From the NCBI GenBank assembly GCA_965225945.1, contig CBDDBZ010000032.1, positions 1-64,000 of the forward strand: 64,000 nt of DNA, written 5' to 3'. Each line of letters starts with the position of its first letter. Position 1 is the stretch's first letter. This DNA is from Alphaproteobacteria bacterium. GTDB taxonomy: Bacteria; Pseudomonadota; Alphaproteobacteria; GCA-2731375. The position numbers were made by a program, and so were the translations under genes. The notes under the pieces were generated by a model. The model had not been told where the DNA came from and searched no databases. It saw only the letters and a list, made by a program, of their open reading frames with translations. This document shows, piece after piece, positions 57,788-64,000 of the stretch.

Positions 57788-58709
57788 CCATGGTACACGA
57801 CGGCATTTACGTAGGACGTTGAAAAGGTTGTAGGATTCCCGATTCACTCCACGACGAGTCAAGAGGGAAATCATGCGAGACAACCCGATCAACGCCCTGC
57901 GTGAGACGCTACGATGCGGCTTCGCCTTTCGCAAGAGCCGTCTGGAGAGCCTTTGCGTCTTGGTCTTCGGCGTGTTCGTCGCCCGGACGGTGAACCTCTC
58001 TCACTTGGCCTGCCACTTTCCGGGGCGCGCGCGATCCAGCTCCAACTATCGGCGCCTGCAACGGTTTTTCGAGCAAGTCGATTTCGATTACGATCGCCTC
58101 GCCGAGTTCCTGGTCGCGATGATGGGGCTCCAGGCGGGGCCGTGGCGGCTGACCATGGACCGGACCAACTGGCGGCTGGGTCGCCGCGACGTCAACATCT
58201 TGATGATCGGCATCGTCAACCGCGCCATCGCCATTCCCGTGTGCTGGCGGGTGCTCGACAAGGCGGGCAATTCCAATACCAAGGAGCGGATCGCGATCCT
58301 CGAACACGTCCTCCGGCTCTTCGGGGTCGACAAGATCGCCAGCCTCCTGGCCGACCGGGAATTCATCGGCGACGCCTGGCTGGCATGGTTGCAGGAAAAG
58401 GCCATCCCCTTTCACATCCGCATCCGATCCAACATCAAGATCGCCAACACGCGTGGTCGCATGGTCAAGGCGAGGGAGCTGTTTCGCGACCTCAAACCCG
58501 GGGAAAGCCGCATCCTCTCCAACGCCAGGCGCCTCTCGGAGGCCAGAAAACCCAAGGCCAGGCCCGTCTTCGTCGCCGCGCTCCATCTCAAGACCGGCGA
58601 ACTGTTGATCGTCGTGACCAACGACGCGCCCGAGGAGGCCTTGGCCATCTACGCCCAGCGCTGGCAAATCGAGACCCTCTTCGCCGCCTTGAAAACCCGT
58701 GGCTTCAAC
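57788..58709 (+). mobile_element. IS4-family element copy 2, truncated by an IS1595-type insertion
   Basis: Matches the 17930-19154 copy up to GFN; continuation found inverted at about 60151-60180. Confidence 0.9.
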
Positions 58710-58795
58710 CTTGCCTATCCGGTTATCACCCACACCCACTATATGTAGTGTGCACCCATTTTCCTGAGTAAAGCTCGGTGCAGGTCGAAGCGGAG
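58710..58795 (-). mobile_element. 86-bp end fragment of the non-autonomous IS1595 derivative
   Basis: Reverse complement of 60850-60935. Confidence 0.85.
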
Positions 58796-60135
58796 GATTG
58801 AGCAACCTGATGTGTGGAAATTCGGAACGCCGTTGATCAGTCATCCTCTGCTTTCCAAGTGATGTAGGGTTTTTCGGTGGTTTCCCATTTCTCGTCGATT
58901 TCGACGAGGATGGCGGTGACCAGACGTTCGAGCGAGGCCTCGTTGGGAAAGACCCTGACCTTTACGGTGCGGCGCTTGATCTCCTGCTGGATGGATCGCT
59001 CCATGGGGTTCGAGGTTCGCATGCGCTTTTGGTGGCGCTCGGGCAGGGCGAAGACGGCGAGGCCCTCGGGGATCGCCGTCTCCAGCCAATCGGCGAGCTT
59101 GGGGGCGCTGTCGCGGTAGGCCGCCACCAGATGGCCCAGCTCGGCCTCGGCGGCCTTGCCGTCGGCGGCGTTCCAGACCCGGCGCAGCTCCTTGCCGATG
59201 GCCTTTCGGATGGCGAGGTTGGGGGCGTGATGGATGGCGTTTTGAGCCAGATGGTACTGACAGCGCTGCCAGACGGCGCCGCCGAGGACGGCCTTGCGCG
59301 CGGCGCCGAGGCCTGGATGATCATCGGAAACGATATAGGCGACACCGCGCATGCCACCGGCAACCAGGGTCTCCAGGAAGGCGCGCCAGTGCACTTCGGC
59401 CTCGGAGAGCGCACAGGAAACACCGAGCACCCGGCGGCGCTGGTCGGGGCCGATGCCGATCACCGAGAGCACGGCGGCGTCGCGCACCACGCCACCCTCT
59501 CGGACTTTCTCATAGCGCGCGTCGAGGAGCAGGTAGCGGATCTCGCCCAGCGGCCGGTTGCGCCAGGCATCCAGCTCCCCATCCAAGAGCTTGGCGGCGC
59601 GGCTGACCTGGCTCGACGACAGGCTCTCCAGGCCGAACTCGCGCATCACCGCCTCGGCGTCACGGGTGGAGACGCCTTTGATATACATCTCCGCCACGGC
59701 CAGCATGACAGCGCGGCAGGAGCGCCGTCCGCGCTCCAGGGCTTGGGGGTAAAAAGGCGCCTCATGACCGGCGGTCTTGGGAACCTCGAGCCTCACCGTA
59801 CCGGCCGGGGTGTCGATCTTCTTGGGTCTGGTGCCGTTGGCGTATCCCCGCCGCTCGGGCGTGCGCTCATAGTGGCCGGCGCCCAAGAACCTCTCCCGCT
59901 CGATCCGCATGGCGAGATTGAAAAGGCCGGCGAAGACCGTCGCCATGTTCTCGCTACCGCCTTCGATCAATTGTTCCACCAAAGCCTCGACAGCGCTATC
60001 CTGGTCTTTCCGCATACTGGTTCTCCATGTTTGTTTGGACGCTTTCATGGATAACCAAAATGACGGATCGCCCCGCGCCGGGGTATACCCCGGCGCGGGG
60101 CGAAGCCAAATTTCCAGACCTCACGCTACACAAGC
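58796..60135 (-). mobile_element. IS256-family element copy 2 (transposase 58837-60048)
   Basis: Near-identical to copy 1; both TIRs present. Confidence 0.94.
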
Positions 60136-60180
60136 CTCCGGGGGGGGGGGCGGTCATGTGGGTGTCTTCGAGGTTGAAGC

Positions 60181-60935
60181 CTTGCCTATCCGGTTATCAC
60201 CCACACCCACTATATGTAGTGTGTCTCCTTGGACTGCAGGCAAGGGCCGGCGCAGGCGCATTGAGGAGGCGATCCGGCTAATTCTTGATTGTTCTGAAAA
60301 CCGAACCGGAGTTTAATTCACGTCACGTATTTAACATCGGGGGACGGAACGGTGGCGACCAAGGGAAAAACGAAGAAACCCACGGCCAGACGGGAAGCTG
60401 CTGATGAAACGACATCGTCTGAGCGATTGACGGCACTAGTCGAAGAAAGCGACGCGCTGGCACGAATCGTTGCGAAGAACCCGTCCGCGCCTGTTAGTCT
60501 CCTGCGCGTTTTGAGTCGCAGCGAAGACGAAGCGACACGCAAGAACGTGATCCTCAATCCGTTTACTTCATATGACGTATTGAGCGAACTTGAAAACCAG
60601 TTCACAGAGCTATTTGTGAATAATCCGGCACTCGAATCCTACAATTCAATGAAGCTCTGATTTCCTGGAATATTCCATCGGTGTCGTTCACCTCCGATTT
60701 CAGATAAATTTCAATGAAGTGACGGTCCTTTATGCAACGTGGCGTTTTGCCAAATCCGACTCAATGATTAGGATTTCCACCACGCTAAAGTGTCGCCTAA
60801 AAGGCGCTACAATGCCGTCCGAGTCCCTGCTCGGCATCGCCGGAGATATCTCCGCTTCGACCTGCACCGAGCTTTACTCAGGAAAATGGGTGCACACTAC
60901 ATATAGTGGGTGTGGGTGATAACCGGATAGGCAAG
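60181..60935. mobile_element. Non-autonomous IS1595-derived element with 43-bp perfect TIRs and a passenger gene
   Basis: CTTGCCTATCCGGTTATCACCCACACCCACTATATGTAGTGTG at both ends; no transposase. Confidence 0.8.
60352..60660 (+). CDS. Passenger protein, leucine-rich-repeat-variant (LRV)-like
   Basis: Repeated VAKNPSAP..LL..L / VILNPFTS..VL..L / FVNNPAL; lower GC than host. Confidence 0.6.
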   Translation: MATKGKTKKPTARREAADETTSSERLTALVEESDALARIVAKNPSAPVSLLRVLSRSEDEATRKNVILNPFTSYDVLSELENQFTELFVNNPALESYNSMKL

Positions 60936-60943
60936 GAATGAAC

Positions 60944-62048
60944 CTTGCCTATCCGGTTAACGCCCATGACCGCTACATGTAGGGTGCCGCCACTCTCCCG
61001 AGTAAAGCTCGGCATAGGTTGGAGCAGAGGTGTCGCCCGCGATGCCGAGCAATGAGCGGAAGGCGTTGAACGGGTAGAACCGCCTGTTGAAGCGGAAGGT
61101 GAACTCGTTGAGGTAGGCTTGTAGGTGCTGGTGGCTAACGCCGTGGTGGATACCGATCAGCCACGTCTTCAGGTTGGCGAAAACCAGATGGATGATCGGC
61201 AGGTATTGCTCGGCAACCTCTGGATCACCACACTCGGCAACAGCGAAGTGCTCATAGCCGCGCTTACCGAGGCCAGCATAGCCGCTCCAATCGTCAGTAA
61301 CGATCAGCGATCCCGGCGCGACGGTGCTCTCGACGAACCCACAGAGCGACTCGGCGCTACGGTCGAGCACGACGGCGAGCCGAACGCGTCCGGCATAGCG
61401 TCCGTCTTTCCGGTTGTCGAGCTTGGTGCCCGGCTTTCGATGACGCACCTCGATGGCACAGGAGACGAGAACCTTGTGGTGAACACCACGGCCTTCCCCA
61501 CGCGTTCGCCCGCCAACCCAGGTTTCGTCCACCTCAACATGGTTCTTGGGCTGTCCACCGATCCTGTCTTGGTTGGGCCGCACCATGCCCGAGCGGAGCT
61601 TGTGGAGAATTTGAAAGGCCGTCTCGTAGCGCGAAAGACCAAGTTGCCGCTGAAACTGCACGGCGGACATGCCGGGCGTCTGACTGGCGACCAGATAAGC
61701 GGCCCAGAACCAGACGTTCAGCGGAGTGTGGCTACGCTCCATCACTGTTCCCACCGTCAGCCCGGTGTTCTGGCGGCACTTGCGGCAGCGCAGGACGCTA
61801 GGGCGGTTTTCAAAGTGGAACGGCTCTCCCGCCGTGCCGCAGTGCGGGCAGGCAAAGCCGTCTCCCCAGCGGGCTTTCTCCAGGTAGGCGGCGCAGGCCG
61901 CATCATCGGGGAAAAGTCGCTGGAACTCGGGTAGCGAATGCGGGAATGGGAGATCGGCGCGGTCGAGAACATCCATGGCGCGCTCCCCTATATCCGGTTT
62001 GCGCCCATTCTAGCCCTAGTGGGTGTGGGTGTAAACCGGATAGGCAAG
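60944..62048 (-). mobile_element. IS1595-family element (transposase 60957-61976)
   Basis: CPHC/CRKC zinc ribbon, VEVDETW, VTDDW, YLNEFTFRFNRR; TIR CTTGCCTATCCGGTT. Confidence 0.93.
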
Positions 62049-63349
62049 GATCAGTCATCCTCTGCTTTCCAAGTGATGTAGGGTTTTTCGGTGGTTTCCC
62101 ATTTCTCGTCGATTTCGACGAGGATGGCGGTGACCAGACGTTCGAGCGAGGCCTCGTTGGGAAAGACCCTGACCTTTACGGTGCGGCGCTTGATCTCCTG
62201 CTGGATGGATCGCTCCATGGGGTTCGAGGTTCGCATGCGCTTTTGGTGGCGCTCGGGCAGGGCGAAGACGGCGAGGCCCTCGGGGATCGCCGTCTCCAGC
62301 CAATCGGCGAGCTTGGGGGCGCTGTCGCGGTAGGCCGCCACCAGATGGCCCAGCTCGGCCTCGGCGGCCTTGCCGTCGGCGGCGTTCCAGACCCGGCGCA
62401 GCTCCTTGCCGATGGCCTTTCGGATGGCGAGGTTGGGGGCGTGATGGATGGCGTTTTGAGCCAGATGGTACTGACAGCGCTGCCAGACGGCGCCGCCGAG
62501 GACGGCCTTGCGCGCGGCGCCGAGGCCTGGATGATCATCGGAAACGATATAGGCGACACCGCGCATGCCACGGGCAACCAGGGTCTCCAGGAAGGCGCGC
62601 CAGTGCACTTCGGCCTCGGAGAGCGCACAGGAAACACCGAGCACCCGGCGGCGCTGGTCGGGGCCGATGCCGATCACCGAGAGCACGGCGGCGTCGCGCA
62701 CCACGCCACCCTCTCGGACTTTCTCATAGCGCGCGTCGAGGAGCAGGTAGCGGATCTCGCCCAGCGGCCGGTTGCGCCAGGCATCCAGCTCCCCATCCAA
62801 GAGCTTGGCGGCGCGGCTGACCTGGCTCGACGACAGGCTCTCCAGGCCGAACTCGCGCATCACCGCCTCGGCGTCACGGGTGGAGACGCCTTTGATATAC
62901 ATCTCCGCCACGGCCAGCATGACAGCGCGGCAGGAGCGCCGTCCGCGCTCCAGGGCTTGGGGGTAAAAAGGCGCCTCATGACCGGCGGTCTTGGGAACCT
63001 CGAGCCTCACCGTACCGGCCGGGGTGTCGATCTTCTTGGGTCTGGTGCCGTTGGCGTATCCCCGCCGCTCGGGCGTGCGCTCATAGTGGCCGGCGCCCAA
63101 GAACCTCTCCCGCTCGATCCGCATGGCGAGATTGAAAAGGCCGGCGAAGACCGTCGCCATGTTCTCGCTACCGCCTTCGATCAATTGTTCCACCAAAGCC
63201 TCGACAGCGCTATCCTGGTCTTTCCGCATACTGGTTCTCCATGTTTGTTTGGACGCTTTCATGGATAACCAAAATGACGGATCGCCCCGCGCCGGGGTAT
63301 ACCCCGGCGCGGGGCGAAGCCAAATTTCCAGACCTCACGCTACACAAGC
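62049..63349 (-). mobile_element. IS256-family element copy 3 (transposase 62051-63262), right TIR missing
   Basis: Same transposase as copy 1; sequence past the stop codon is replaced by IS1595. Confidence 0.92.
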
Positions 63350-63395
63350 ATCGCCCAAGCGCTGGAGCTTATCGCGTAACGCCGTTTCCTCAGCC

Positions 63396-64000
63396 TGTAT
63401 CGCACCCGGTTCCTTGGACACAAGTTTGTCTCATGCGGCGGGCCTGAGTGACATCGCGGTGTGCCACGCCTGACGAGCTTGAGCGGGGCTCAGGTAGCCG
63501 TTCTTCTCCACGATCCACTGGGCATTGTACTGTTCGACGAACCCGCGGACGGCGTTCCGCAGCTCCGCGATGTTGCGGTAGATGCGGCCATGGATGATCT
63601 GTTCCTTGAGCGTGCGATTGAACCTCTCGGCGACGCCGTTGGTCTGGGGCTGTTCGACGAAGGCGTAGGACGGCTGGATGCCCCAGAACTTGATCTGGTT
63701 GGTGAAGTGGTCCGACAGATACTGGGAGCCGTGATCCATCCGCAAGGCCAGCCCCCGCGCCGCACCGGCGGAGGTCGAGGCATACAGCCTCGCAAGCCCC
63801 ATGGAGATCGGCTGAAGGGCGGCGAAGCGGTCGCCTCGCTTGCACACATGCCAGCCGACGCACTCGGCGTTCCAATGCTCGATGGCGGTGAATATCCAGC
63901 CCCAGCCGTCGTCCACCGTGAACACCCGAACGCCGTCCGTGCCCCACATGAGGTTGGGGGCATGGGTGATGATCTCACCGACATGGGGATTTCCGCCACG
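63396..64000 (-). mobile_element. IS3-family element, 3' part with integrase core (63431 to window end)
   Basis: WGTD, RMDHGSQY, PQTNGVAERFNRTLKE; terminus TGTATCGCACCCGGTTCCTTGGACAC. Confidence 0.88.

Overview
GC-rich chromosomal window from an Alphaproteobacterium, probably Rhodospirillales-like (inferred from gene order plus CtrA-, IscR- and alpha-type LexA-box motifs). It has four parts. (1) 1-7.4 kb is an eroded accessory zone: pseudogenes, restriction/defence-gene relics, IS fragments and an intact IS256. (2) 7.4-16.8 kb is a catabolic cassette (Dpp/Opp-type ABC transporter, two amidases, an acyl-CoA ligase relic) bracketed by two related 34-bp loxP/dif-like palindromes, followed by an 8-kb pile-up of IS21, IS4 and IS630 elements to 25.2 kb. 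(3) 25.2-56.4 kb is mostly core genes: fliE-flgCB, fliOP, AsmA/YhdP-like, M23 peptidase plus bactofilin, parE, cysK, alaX, sseA, a GAF-GAF-PAS adenylate cyclase coupled to a protein of exact 36-aa repeats, tenA, fdx-iscS-iscR-cysE, xth, a DddP-like M24 enzyme and a PhyH-family dioxygenase. (4) 56.8-64 kb is a second nested IS cluster (IS4, two IS256, IS1595, a non-autonomous IS1595 derivative with a passenger gene, IS3). Best candidates for something new: the lox-like site-bounded cassette, the cyclase/36-aa-repeat pair, and the IS1595 passenger element. No rRNA, tRNA or CRISPR array was seen. All family assignments are from motif recognition by eye; no searches were run.
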